Source: Anthoceros angustus (taxonomy: Eukaryota; Plantae; Anthocerotophyta). From it: 64,000 nucleotides of DNA. The first letter of the stretch is position 1; the number at the start of each line of letters is the position of its first letter. The notes beneath the pieces were generated by a model that made no database searches, was not told where the DNA came from, and worked only from the letters and a program-made list of their open reading frames with translations. The stretch spans positions 558,001 through 622,000 of the forward strand of contig MU008191.1 in assembly GCA_010909165.1 (NCBI GenBank), written 5' to 3'. The position numbers were made by a program, and so were the translations under genes. Positions 1-12,699 of the stretch are shown piece after piece.

Positions 1-3000
1 GGGATGAATGTGCCCGAAAGTATCAGCTGGAGGTGCTGGGACAAGCTCAGGAGAAGAACACTATCGCCTTTCTTGAGACGGGGGCGGGTAAGACTCTCAT
101 AGCAGTTATGCTGATGAAGAGCAAGTATGAAATGATGCGACAGAATGGGGAGAAGATGCTGGCGGTGTTTCTCGTGCCGAAGGTGCCGTTGGTTTACCAG
201 GTACTGACTCTATGTGGAGGTGACGGAAGCTCGTAGAAAGGCTATGGATTAAGTTTGTTTTGCAGTTCTGGCCTGTTCAGGCAGAGGTGGTAACCAGATC
301 CGCGCACTTTTGTGTGCAGCAAGCAGAAGTGATTCGAGAAGGGACAGGTTTCAATGTGGGACACTACTGTGGAGAGATGGGTCAAGATTTCTGGGATCCA
401 AGAAGGTGGCAGCGGGAGTTTGAGACTAATGAAGTATGTAGATAATGGCGTTACTTACAATGTTGACTTTGATCTATTTCATGGCTTCTGTGTGTCTCAC
501 ACTTTCTTGTCATGACTTCAGGTCCTTGTAATGACTGCCCAAATTCTGCTGAACATCTTGAGGCATAGCATTGTCAGAATGGAATCCATCGATCTCCTTA
601 TCCTGGACGAGTGTCATCATGCTGTCAAAAAGCATCCTTACTCGTTGGTGATGTCTGAGTTCTACCACATGACCAGCAAAACGAAGAGGCCTGCAGTTTT
701 CGGCATGACAGCATCCCCAGTCAATTTGAAGGGTATGTGCATTTAACTTTGTACAGGTAACCATGTATAAGCAGAGGCCCTTTGACGACAGCGACATTTG
801 TCAATGCAGGCGTGTCCAACCAGGAAGATTGTGCTGTGAAGATTCGGAATCTGGAGAGCAAGCTTGATTCTATTGTGTGCACAATTAAGGACAGGAAGGA
901 ATTGGAGATGTACGTGCCAACACCGTCAGAAACTGTGGTAGAGTATGACAAGGCTGCTGTGTTATGGTCCTTACGTGAGCAGATTAAGAGTATGGAGTCT
1001 ACCGTTGAACAAGCAGCCAGTCAAAGCTCCAAACGAAGTAAGTGGAGATTCATGGGTGCTAGAGATGCTGGGTCAAAAGAGGAACTTCGTCTGGTGTATG
1101 GAGTTTCAGAGAGGACCGAGAGTGATGGTGCTGCGAGCTTGGGACAGAAGTTACGCGCTATCGTTTACGCTCTTGATGAGCTTGGCCAGTGGTGTGCATA
1201 CAAGGTAGATATTCTCAGGATTTCATTTTTGGATCATTAGCCTATGATCCTGTTGACCTCTCCCGATTGAAGTTGTTTCATCTATGCATGGCAGGTAGCC
1301 TTGTCATTTCTCACCGCCCTAAGAAATGATGAACGTGCGAATCATCAGCTCGATGTGAAATTCCAAGAGTCCTACCTGAAGAAGGTAGTTGACATCCTCA
1401 GATGCCGCCTTGCTGAAGGAGCTGTCGGGAGTAAACATGCAGGAGAACCAGAGGACGAGGATAAGGATAAGGGCTATGTTTTTGGTGAAGTTGAGGATGG
1501 CGAGCTTCCAGACATCCAAGGTTGGCAGCTTGGACGGTATCCAGTGTTACGATGACCCAGTGGACGTAGGTCATTCAGTTTGGTTCATGTGCTAACTTTT
1601 GTCCACAAAATTTGCAGCTGTTTCTGGGGGCGAGCATGTGGATGAGATTCTTGGAGCAGCCGTGGCAGGTGGCAGGGTAACACCAAAGGTGCAGGCCCTG
1701 ATTAAGATACTGCTAAGTTATCAACACACTGATGATTTTCGAGCTATCATATTTGTGGAGCGGGTCGTTGCTGCTTTGGTCCTTCCTAAGGTACAGGTCA
1801 AGCTGTGGCAGAATTATTGATCAACTGGGAAGTGGGAAGTGGCGTTATCTGTGTTTTTCTCTGTCTGAACGCTGTTCTGGTTGCAAAATCTCTTCTACAG
1901 GTTTTCGCTGAGTTGCCATCCTTGAAATTTGTCAAGTGCGCAAGTCTAATTGGGCACAACAATAATCAGGATATGAGGACGCGGCAAATGCAGGAGACAA
2001 TTTCGAAGTTTCGTGATGGAAGGGTGTGTGGTTTCTTATTTTCACTTCGTAGCGTTCCGTGTTTTATTTTGGGGATTGTTGCATGTTGTTTTAAGTATAA
2101 TTGCTCAGAGCATCGTGATGGGATACTAGTAACCCGTGACGGTGCCTGGTGGGTTGTTGCATGATGTTGCATGATGGGTTGTTGCATGATGGGGTTGTTG
2201 CATGACGTCGCAAGGACCTATCATGAAACATGACGGTGCAGTAACCCATAATGGCTGATTCCGTAACCCATCATGGTACCTGGTGGGTTGTTGCATGATG
2301 TTGCATGATGGGGTTGTTGCATGTTGTCGCAAGGACCCATCATGAAACATGAAGTTGCAATGACTCATTATGGGTTATTGCAACCCTTATCGGAGTACAA
2401 GTTTCTTTTGTTGACGCAGGAGACTCCTTTCTTGCTCTCAGCCCGCATCTGGCTGCCACGACTGTTGCCAGAGGGATGGACTCTGTCGAAGAAGTGAAAA
2501 TCTATGTATATTTTGGATGTACACCCAAATGTTCATCTGGGTGTATTGCCAAAATTAATGTAGATTTTCTACTGGCTGACGTCAAATGGAAGAAGTGCAA
2601 CCCACATCTCTGCTGATATCAAGGTGGCTATGTCATTTATAGGTTACGCTGCTCGTGGCCACAAGTGTTGCTGAAGAAGGTTTGGATATTCGGCAGTGCA
2701 ATGTGGTTATTCGGTTTGATCTAGCGAAGACTGTGCTTGCGTACATTCAGTCACGAGGTCGTGCCCGCAAGCCGGGTTCAGATTACATTCTGATGTTGGA
2801 GAAGTAAGCAAGAAGTTGAATGTTGTGGGAGTAATATCGCGTAGCATGTCATTATTTCACTCAAAGTGTTGGTACTTAAATGGTTGTTGGATGTCACAGA
2901 GGCAACTTGACTCACGAGGCTTTCCTGCGAAATGCTCGGAATAGTGAGGAAACCCTTCGCAAGGAAGCTGTTGAGAGGACAAGTCTTGACTTTAAAGCAT

Positions 3001-6000
3001 TTGAACCATCGGAACCGGATGGTGGTGATGTGTATCAAGTTCCTTCAACAGGTGCTACAGTCAGCCGGAATTCTGCGGTGGGGCTGATTCATTTCTATTG
3101 CTCGCAGCTGCCAAGTGACAGGTATTTGCTATCACTGTCCTGTGATGTCTTCCGACATGGTCATTTGGCAATCTTTTGGATCCGTTAGTCCTGTGCTTAG
3201 CTTACTTGTCTTTATTATTAGATACTCGATTCTGCGACCGGATTTTTTTATGACCCAAATTGACAAAGAAAATGGGGCTCCAAAATACTCCTGCAAGTTG
3301 CAGCTACCATGTAATGCGCCTATTGGAGTTATTGAGGGCCCAGTGTGCTCATCTATTCGAGGTGCTCAGCAGGTTGGACTGTGATGCACAACTGATTCTT
3401 CATGCTTCTCTGTTGTGTGACATAGCTCCCAGGTTCCAACTAACTCTGTGCTGCGGCAGGCCGTATGCCTTGAAGCATGTAAGAAGCTGCATGAGATGGG
3501 AGCATTTACAGACATGCTTTTACCGGATAAGGGGAGTGGTGGAGAAGCTGAAAAAATGGAAGAGGCGGAGGAAGGCGAACCTCTACCTGGAACGGCTCGT
3601 CACAGGGAATATTATCCTGAGGGAATTGCTGAGGTTCTAAGGGTGGGTGGCTAATGTGTTTGGTGTGCAATTGAGTGCGGAAGTCATGCGTGGTTTGCCA
3701 GTTTCAAGTGTTTATCATTATTGTTCTGTTTTAGGGGGATTGGATTCTTGGTGGGAAAGACCCTACAGAGACATGGTCACTATCTTTCTACAAGGTATCT
3801 TGCAAGAACATGGGTTTTTCTAGAGATCCTCTACTGACGGAAACATGTGACTTTGCGCTGCTGTTTGATAAAGAAGTGGATCCTGAGGTCAGTGTTACAA
3901 TTTTATAGTTGCATAGTTTTGTATGCTGGCGTCATGTCCTTAATGTCCAAGAAAGCCTTGAAGGGTAGTCTTGGCCACTATGCTTGATGCATTGGGCGAT
4001 GCTCTTTCCTTCGCTGAACTTGATGCATGTGAATGTCTTCCAGGTTTTGGCAATGTCAATGGATTTGTTTGTCTCGAGAACTATGACCACAAGGGCATCT
4101 CTCCATCACTGTGGTTCGCTGGAAGTTGATGCATCTCAGGTGATTGTCACCATTCCTTGCACCATATGTGATAGTGTTTTGAGTTCTGCCGTAAATCAAT
4201 TATTGGCCTTCATCTCTCCTCGGTGCACCTCTAGTTGGCCCCTGTTCAATGTACTAAGTTCAGATGTCTGTTTATGCTGTGTGCAGCTAGACAAGCTAAA
4301 GAGCTTTCATGTAAGGCTGATGAGTATTGTGCTCGACGTTGACGTTGAACCTGCAACAACCCCTTGGGATCCTGTGAAGGCCTATCTTTTTGTCCCCATT
4401 GTTCAAGGCACATCAGATGCAGATACTCTTGTCGATTGGAAATGTGTTGAGGAAACTCTTGACACGAAAGCCTGGTCCAATCCTTTACAAAGAGCCCGTC
4501 CAGATGTCTATCTTGGAACAGATGAGCGTGCCCTTGGTGGTGATCGCAGGGAATATGGATTCGGAAAACTGCGCCATGGCTATTCCCTTGGCCAGAAAGC
4601 CCATCCCACGTATGGAATACGTGGAGCTGTTGCAAAGTATGATACTGTAAAGGCATCAGGTCTTGTTCCTGGTCGAGATTCTGCGTCCATCATAGAGGAG
4701 TTAATTCCTGAGCCTGGCAAGCTGTGGATGGCAGACGGTGTGGCTGACATTGATTGCCTAGCTGGGAGAATTGTTACTGCGGTGCATTCTGGAAAGAGGT
4801 TTTATGTTGATTCTGTGAGGGTTGAGATGAATGCTAACAGTTCATTCCCAAGGAAGGAAGGATACTTGGGTCCTCTAGAATACAGCACTTACGGGGATTA
4901 TTACAAGCAAAAGTAACCATTTCTCTCCAGATGTTTGTGTTGTGCATTCCTACCCAGGCTTTATGCTTAGCTAGTTGCTCACTTTTCTTGCATCTGTAAT
5001 ACAGGTATGGTGTTGATCTTCGCTACAAAACTCAGGCTCTACTCAGGGGCAGAGGTGTTTCACATTGCAAGAACCTGCTGTCCCCTCGATTTGAGTCCAC
5101 CGATGGTAGGTTCTGGTCCCTGGAGATAGTTAAAAATATTTAAGCAAAAGTCTGTGTTGTTGATGCAACTAGTCTTTGTTAGAAATTGTTCTCTAACCAG
5201 ATACCCATGTACTGATGTTGTAAATTGACATCCAGGCAATGCTAACGGTGCTGATGAGCAGCTGGACAAGACATACTTCGTCATGTTGCCGCCAGAGTTG
5301 TGCCTTGTACACCCTTTGCCAGGTCCCTTAGTACGAGGTGCTCAGCGTCTGCCCTCCGTAATGAGAAGGGTCGAGAGTATGTTGCTGGCCATTCAGCTTA
5401 AGCACCAGATTGCCTACCCTATTCCAGCAGCCAAGGTGATAGTCCATTCCATTTTCTATAGGCTTGATGACTGTAAGACTGCTTGCATAGGTTAAGATCT
5501 TCATGGGCATGGAAGCTTGCTCCAAGTATTCGTCTGCTTCGGTTATGTGCAACTCTCTCATCATTTTACCACTTGCATATGCTCTCCTGTCATCAAGGTC
5601 TACCCAGGTTGAAAAGTTGAATTATTTGAGGTGACTCATGATGTATTACAGGTGTTGGAGGCGTTAACTGCAGCTTCATGCCAGGAGACTTTCTGTTATG
5701 AACGTGCTGAATTGTTGGGCGATGCATACCTGAAGTGGGTGGTCAGTCGTAGGCTGTTTCTGAAGTTTCCAAGTAAGCACGAGGGACAGCTCACACGTAT
5801 GCGACAGCAAACAGTTAGTAATTCAGTACTATATCAATTTGCCCTCGAGAAGGGGTTGCAGAGTTACATTCAGGCTGACCGTTTTGCTCCATCCCGTTGG
5901 GCTGCACCTGGGGTGCTCCCTGTCTTTGATGAGGACACTAAAGACCCAGATTGGTCGGCTCCTCCGGTTCCTGAGGAGGTGCAAGAGGTTGACAAGATGG

Positions 6001-7650
6001 AGACAGAGGATGGTGAAATGGTTCATCATCAGCAAAAAGATACGATCAAGGTGGTCGGTGTGGAGAATGGTGACATTCAGGAAATTGAGGACGATTCAGA
6101 AGCTATGGAGGATGGAGAGATAGAGGGGGATTCTAGTTCATATCGGGTGCTTTCAAGCAAAACACTGGCTGATGTTGTAGAGGCGCTTATTGGGATCTAT
6201 TATGTTGAGGGTGGCCAACAAGCTGCAACACATGTGATGAACTGGATTGGGATACCAGTGGATTTTGATGAAACTGATAGCCAGAAAGCAAGGGCTGGTT
6301 CTATTGTACCAGAGACGGTGGCCCGAAGCATAGACTTTGATGGGCTACAGGCTGCCATCGGTTACCCATTCCGCGAGAAGAGTCTCCTCGTCGAAGCAAT
6401 AACACATGCCTCTCGGCCATCCTCAGGGGTGCCATGTTATCAGCGATTAGAGTTTGTCGGGGATGCTGTATTAGACCATCTGATCACTCGTCATCTCTTC
6501 TTCAGCTATACAGACCTTCCCCCAGGTCGGCTGACAGACCTGCGAGCGGCTGCGGTCAATAATGAGAATTTTGCCCGTGTCACCGTAAAGAACAAGCTTC
6601 ACGTGCATTTACGGCATGGGTCCAGTGCTTTGGAGACTCAGGTGAACTCATGTTGCTTTCTATATTGCCTGATGCATTTTCTGACAGAATGTTTGAAATC
6701 CTTGTCCGCCCTGCACTTAAAATTGCGAGGTAATCTTGTTTCCATATGTGTGCTTGTTTCTGCTTCAGATCCGAGATTTTGTTAAGGATATCCAAAGTGA
6801 ATTAGACAAGCCCGGAGTTAATTCATTTGGGCTGGGTGACTTCAAAGCGCCGAAGGTACTTGGGGATATTCTGGAGTCAGTCGCCGGAGCAATCTTCCTT
6901 GACAATGGCCTTGACACAGACGTTGTGTGGAAGGTGTCCCTCTTACCTGTTGGTATTGTTATCTGCCTTCAGCTCTGTTTTCCCTCTTGCTAACTGCCTT
7001 TTGTACAGGTTTTTGAACCCCTCCTACAACCCATGGTGACTCCGGAGACACTACCCATGCACCCTGTCCGAGAGCTGCAGGAACGTTGCCAGCAACAAGC
7101 CGAGGGTCTGGAGTACAAGGCAACCCGTGAAGGTAATGTGGCCACAGTTGAGGTGTATGTGGATGGAGTGCAAATCGGCATAGCACAGAACCCTCAGAAG
7201 AAAATGGCCCAAAAGCTGGCTGCAAGAAATGCCTTGGCCATACTGAAGGAAAAGGAACTGAACGAGGCGGAAGCGGAGAAGGCTGCTGCCGCCGAATCAG
7301 GGAAGACAACGAAAACCCCTGTTTTCACCAGGCAGACGTTGAACGACATCTGCCTCCGACGGCAGTGGCCCATGCCTCAGTACAAGTAAGCATCACAACT
7401 CCCGAACTTCTCCTTCGACTGACTGCTCTTAGTACACTCCACATCTCCTAATGCCGCCTATGATAACGCGCTGTGCAGATGCGTGACTGAAGGTGGTCCG
7501 GCACACGCCAAGAGGTTCACTTACTCTGTTCGTGTGCACACAACTGAGCAAGGGTGGACTGAAGAGTACGTGGGCGAGCCCATGCCCAGTGTGAAGAAGG
7601 CGAAGGATTCAGCCGCGGTCATCTTGTTGCAGCATTTGAAACGGCGGTGA
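1..7650 (+). CDS. DCL1: DICER-LIKE 1, multi-exon, 5' part outside window. Domains: DExH helicase, dimerisation/DUF283, PAZ, 2x RNase III, 2x dsRBD
   Basis: Helicase motifs LETGAGKT and LILDECHH; [16 protein letters not shown] in exon 2643-2802; PAZ-region [33 protein letters not shown]; RNase IIIa [13 protein letters not shown]; RNase IIIb [13 protein letters not shown]; dsRBDs [12 protein letters not shown] and [22 protein letters not shown] introns join in frame; stop TGA at 7648-7650. Two dsRBDs plus the DCL1-specific segments identify the DCL1 clade. Confidence 0.97.
2129..2386. repeat. Diverged tandem duplication (period ~134 bp) built from GGGTTGTTGCATGAT sub-repeats, inside DCL1 intron 2024-2642
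   Basis: Units start GTAACCC at 2129 and 2263. Both contain CCTGGTGGGTTGTTGCATGATGTTGCATGATGGG and GTCGCAAGGACC(T/C)ATCATGAAACATGA. Confidence 0.9.
2493..2573 (+). ncRNA. Candidate intronic pre-miRNA hairpin in DCL1 intron 7
   Basis: Positions 2496-2530 pair with 2535-2569 with no bulge: 30 of 35 paired (3 G:U), 5 mismatches, 4-nt loop. A 21/21-nt duplex (2511-2531 / 2536-2556) with 2-nt 3' overhangs sits 15 nt above the stem base. Confidence 0.7.
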
Positions 7651-8171
7651 TCGGACTCACATTTATCAACCCTATCCATTTTTCCTGCATTCTTGTGCTC
7701 TACAGCTAATCCAGCTGTCGACGTCGAAAATTTTCTTAGGCTAGGTAATGAGATGCCTCAAAGCTGGAGCATCGGATCGATCATTTTGGTCTTCGACAGC
7801 CCCAAATTGGTGCGACTTTAAACGACTTAATATTACTTGCTGGACGCGTCGAGGACCATTGCGACTACGTATCTTTGTTGTCTTATGGTAATAAAGAAAC
7901 CCTGGTTGAAATCTCAGTAGGATGACGCTCCAGGCAATGCTGGCCAGACAAAAGCCTATCCACTTAGAAGGTAAAACCCAACCCCCGAAGTGCCAGGATG
8001 TCAGCTGAAGCTTGAAACCCTGGCACTTGGATCGGCGTACTCGCGGCAATCCATCCATCTGCGGTTCGATCTTGCGTCGTTGCCGTTTTGGAACAGGTGT
8101 CCTTGATGCAGGTTGGAATTGTGGGAGCAGCTCTGGCGTAGCTGCAGTGGAAGGATCTTGGCCGTGTGGGG

Positions 8172-9051
8172 ATGGCAGGCGTGGTGGCCGCTCAGCCGTG
8201 CGTGGCCCTTGCGCGCGGGAGCCTTCAGTCTTCGTCCGCAGGCATTCAGCAGCGCGGGCAACTTTGCGGCCAGGGTTTGGCAATAGGTGCGTCTGAGGGG
8301 AGCAGCAGGGGCCGGAGATGGCAGCCGCTGAAGGTCAGGGCGGAGGGGTCCGGACTGTCCAAGCAGCAGGGAGGGCGGTGGCTTAGCTGCACCACCAGGC
8401 ATGTGCGCCTATTTGCCGGTGAGCTTAATCCCGAGACCAGAATACTGGACCAGTCCGATGAGAAACTCGGCAAGCTGTCCCTCATCCTGGATCCCGACAA
8501 CGAGTTCGTCTGGCCCGAGGATAAGGAGCAACAGGTGTACGCGTACTTCACAGAGCTGGTGGACAACTATGCTGTGAGTCACCTGCTCCGAAAAACCCTG
8601 TTGCTTTGCTTCCGTATCCTAAACTACATGTCTACAGGGTCGTGTGCTGTCAACGGTGATTGTGTTTCACTTGTCCTCCCCCGTTGAGTATCCTGCTTCC
8701 TTGTATCGGTTCCCCAGCAACCTTACTTCTGTTTCATGTATTTCCGTTTGTCCCAAACAGGGAGAGTGATCATGAAAGGAGCTGTGTGCCCCCTCAAGTC
8801 GTCCTTGATTTTTCTTGATCCCTAACTTGCCGTGGAGATCCCAAGTATCTCCAACTCACGACTCCCTGATTTTCTTGCAGGGTGCGGATCTGACGGAGTA
8901 CACTCTCCGGCTGATAGGCTCAGACATCGAGCACTACATCCGCGGCATGCTGCTCAAGAACGAGATCAAGTACAACCTAAACTGCCGAGTGCTTAACTTC
9001 AGCATGGGCCGGCCCCGCATCGAAGGCCTGGATGTGGAGGACGAGGAGTGA
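8172..9051 (+). CDS. NDHM: Chloroplast NAD(P)H-quinone oxidoreductase (NDH) subunit M; 2 exons (8172-8573, 8881-9051)
   Basis: Transit-peptide-like N-terminus, then CTTRHVRLF...LDPDNEFVW...ELVDNYA|GADLTEYTLRLIGSDIEHYIR...YNLNCRVLNFSMGRPRI, matching NdhM. Phase-0 GT-AG intron 8574-8880. Confidence 0.95.
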
Positions 9052-11073
9052 CAAGACAGTCCACTCCGCCTCCGGTTTGTTCCACCTTGAAACAAGAAGA
9101 ACCACCCTTGCAACCTTCCTAAGCAGGTGGTCCCTTCAGCCACGGTGTATGTAACACATTCTTCCCTTTGTACAGTACTTGCACAGTAAAACCATGCCGA
9201 AGGACGCAAGCTTTGCTCAAACCCTAGCCCTAAGCGCTCCGCCCGGGAAGTTCACGTTGCATCTCTCCGTGACCAACCTCCTTTTCCACCCGCACGGCGG
9301 AGAGTACTGCTAACCTCGAACTCCCTCCAACCTCCCAAGACGAATCCTTTTCCATCTCCCTCGTTCCTCCTAAGAGGGCGCAGCAATATCACAGCAAATA
9401 CGGCAAATACGCACTGTCGTCTCCATCCCCGCCCGGCAGCAAGCAACAGACGACGAAGCACCACCTGAGAACGCACCGAGCCGGTCCAGAAGCTTCCCGA
9501 CTGCAACTGCGGGATCAACCTCGCCAACACCAAGACGGACTGTGCCTAAGCAGGATCAAGGAAAGCACAGGCTTGCTATTGCGGTACACTGGGAGTCGGC
9601 CGGGCCCAGAGGCTGAGAGGCTGGCTGTGGATGCAAGTGGCAGGCCCGGAAGCCGGAAGCGGGGCCTCATGTATCACGGGCCGCAGGTACCGCCTGCCCA
9701 GTAGAGTTGGAGCCGGGCGGTCGGCGACAGGCATTGGCTGGCATACCGGGCGGGCGTGTCGGCACCAGGGGACGGTGGCTCGCTGCTTGCCGCTCTGCCG
9801 TACTTTCGTGCCACAGCGTACCGACTTTTATTACTCCTGCTGTCCTGCAGTTCATCAAGTTGCTGCCACGCCATTCCTATCTGCAGGCAACTACAACTGC
9901 TACCGTCACGCCTCCACTCACACCTCCACTTGGAAGGAAAGGGAAGTGTGCATGTTGCATGTAAATAATATGTATGTCCATTCCCTGCTCCCTGCTCCCT
10001 GCTTCCTGCTTTGCATCTCTTCACATGAGGAAGACCCATGTCTCAAGTTGTACCACATGTTTTTTTGTTTGGTGTGATGCAATTGATAATATGGGGTCTG
10101 GTCTGATTTGGGGGGGATGGGAGGAGAAGAGGAGGGTGGTGAAGGGAAAGAGAGCATCGAGCGTATGAGTCAAAAGCAGCATTCCCAAGAATGAAGTATT
10201 GGATACCGCGTACAAAATGCTTGATTCAAAGGATTGCATGCTTTCCATGCCCGTCGTGCAGCTCACAGCCCGCGGTGGAGTAGAGGGTCACGGTGGGCAA
10301 ATATAGGCAACCCCAGCCACATGCCCGGGCTGGGCTGGGTTTAGGGAATCGAGGTTCGAGGAAGGAGAGGAGACGAGAAGCGAAGAGAAGAGAAGAAAAT
10401 CGAGTCGGCTTCGTGGAAGAAGGTCCCCGCCCGCCGCCTTCTGAAATCCCTGCGCGCGCCACACTCTCTCTGCGTGTCTGTAGCGGGACATCGGGGGAAA
10501 AAGGAATTTCACTCTCTCCTGGCTTCCGTTGGCTTTCCGTTCCCCATCTTCCCCTTCTGGCCTTGGGTGGCGGGATTGTCGTTGGTTCGTTCCTTCTTCT
10601 GCCATCCTTCCTCTCCTTTCTCCCGCGCCTCCCACTGTGCATGTCGGTTGCCTCGCTCTTTTGGGTTCCTTCCGTTCCCTTCCCTTCCCTGCCCCTCAGT
10701 TTCTTCCTTCACTTCCCGGCTCTGTTATAAGGTCTCGGGCGCGAGGCAGAGCTCGGGCAATCGCTTGGTGTGAGTGGGAGCAGCTGTGCATTCTGCGACC
10801 CCGCTGTCGCTGCTGTTGTTGGGCTTTGATGGTAAGGCATTGCAGGAGACCTTGTCTGCTGGGACACGGCCTGGTGCGGCTAAGATTGAGGCTCATGAAT
10901 TGAGAGGAGCAGAGCAGAAAGGGGCGGCTAAGATTGAGCCTCATGAATTGAGAGAGGAGGAGAGGCAGTAAGGGGCAAGGGAGGAGGAAGGTTCTGTGGA
11001 TGTCTTGCTGCGAAAATTGAGCCTGGGAGAGGAAGGGAAGGGGAGCGCCAATCTGCGACAGCGGGAGTTCAGC

Positions 11074-11478
11074 ATGGGTGCGGGCGGGGACGGTAAGAAA
11101 TACGGCGAGACGGAGGAGTTTCAAGACTTCCTGCCCATCATGGCGCAGAAGCTGAGCGAGCAGGAGTTCTTGGAGGAGCTCTGCAACGGCTTCCGCCTGC
11201 TGGCGGATCCCCGCTCCGGGACCATCACCTTCTCCAGCTTGAAGAAGAACGCCAAATGGCTGGGGCTGGAGGGAATGACGGATGCGGAGCTCAAGACTAT
11301 GATTCAGGAGGGGGATACGGACGGGGACGGCGCGCTCAACGAGCACGAATTCTGCGTGTTGATGATCAGGACCAGCCCCACGCTCCTGTCCCAGGCGCAG
11401 GACCTGCTGGACGATGCTCTGCAAGAAGAGCTGGCGGACTTCATGGACTTGGATGACTCCTCCTACAGGCTCTCGTGA
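11074..11478 (+). CDS. KIC/PBP1-like calcium-binding EF-hand protein, intronless
   Basis: FQDFLPIMAQKL...EELCNGFRLLADP...TITFSSLKKN...MIQEGDTDGDGALNEHEFCVLMIRTSP, typical of the KIC/PBP1 family. First ATG at 11074; the open frame extends to 10996. Confidence 0.9.
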   Translation: MGAGGDGKKYGETEEFQDFLPIMAQKLSEQEFLEELCNGFRLLADPRSGTITFSSLKKNAKWLGLEGMTDAELKTMIQEGDTDGDGALNEHEFCVLMIRTSPTLLSQAQDLLDDALQEELADFMDLDDSSYRLS

Positions 11479-12699
11479 GCGCTGCTTGGCAGTGCCTGTT
11501 GCTGCTTTCTTTTACCTTGCATGAGTGCTGTATTTCATTGTAGCTATACCATATCAGTGATCTCGCGAGAGGAGAGTGTTGTAGGAGCTGGGCTCGTGGG
11601 GAAGCCCCGCGCTTGCAAGCCGCCTTATGAAGGACAGCAAGGCCGGCGATGGCAGAATGGGATCGTCACCGGCTCTTGCGCTACCCGTAGCTGAAGGCTG
11701 TAGTGCTGGGAAGTGAGAAGAGTGGATCACATTGATGGGTTCTTCACTGTGAAGAACACATCAGGCGGAGGAAATGCTGCGTGAGAGTAGATCTTGATCC
11801 GAGTGCGTTTGTTGGGTGAGATCTTTTTTTGCTCGTCATCAAGAAGAACGCTGCATCGCTATTTTCTCGTAACCGCTCTCTTTTGTTGCTGGAGATGCCG
11901 TTTCTCGCTTATAACGTAAATGGTCTTAACAATTGGGGTGATTCCCATGTGACAAGCCAATTGTACGACGTCGCACTTTATTCTCCCAATTCTTCACGTC
12001 ACACAAGAGCAGTGGATACACAAACACGTCTAGCCCTCTTTTGCGCCTGCGGAATCGTCCTTAAGTCGTCGTCACCACCAGTAGCAAGGCTTGCCCGAGT
12101 GAAGTGATGGCAGCGACAGAAAGTGTACCTAAGCTATGATGAAGCTCGTCTGGAAAGCACCTCGCGAGCGGTCATGAATGCCGCCCACCTTCCCCTGGCA
12201 TGCAGCACACATGCACAAAGTAATTTGTACCGTCCTCTCTTCCATTTGCCTTCAGTCTCCCACAATTTCCTCCTGTCAATCCCTTTCCACCACTGGACAC
12301 AGTTGAGGTGCTAGATGATATGGAAATTGTCTTTGCTTGACATCTTGGTCATTTCCCCGTCGTCTGCCACAAAGGGGAGGTAAGAATCACAGATGGATTC
12401 CGCACCCGTCCAAGCCGTAGAGTCCTGTCACCACGCCTGGAGCGTGTCTTATGGTGGGACCCTGCTGCCATTGCACCCTGCTTCACGCCAATCTGCTACT
12501 TCCCGGTACAGACTACAGTCCGTAGTACAACACTAGATCTCACCTTTTATCTCTTTCCCATGTTGGTAGCAAGTATATTACTATCAGAGGGAGAGCATGC
12601 TGGGGTGCAAGCCTAAAGCAGGAGCGGCTCGCCATTACCCGTGTCATACATCTGCTTCCGCAGCAGATGACATCAATTATGGCGTGACCCTTCGAAGTT

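Noticed and set aside
4042-4062. DCL1 exon sequence TTTTGGCAAT complementary to the candidate 3p miRNA (self-targeting)
   Set aside because: The match covers only the miRNA 3' half. Positions 5-7 mismatch and 3, 4, 8 and 9 are wobbles, so cleavage is not expected.
9756-9968. Signal-peptide-like ORF (LLLLLLSCSSSSCCHA), possible secreted peptide
   Set aside because: No in-frame ATG (GTG start, upstream stop) and no recognisable peptide-hormone motif.
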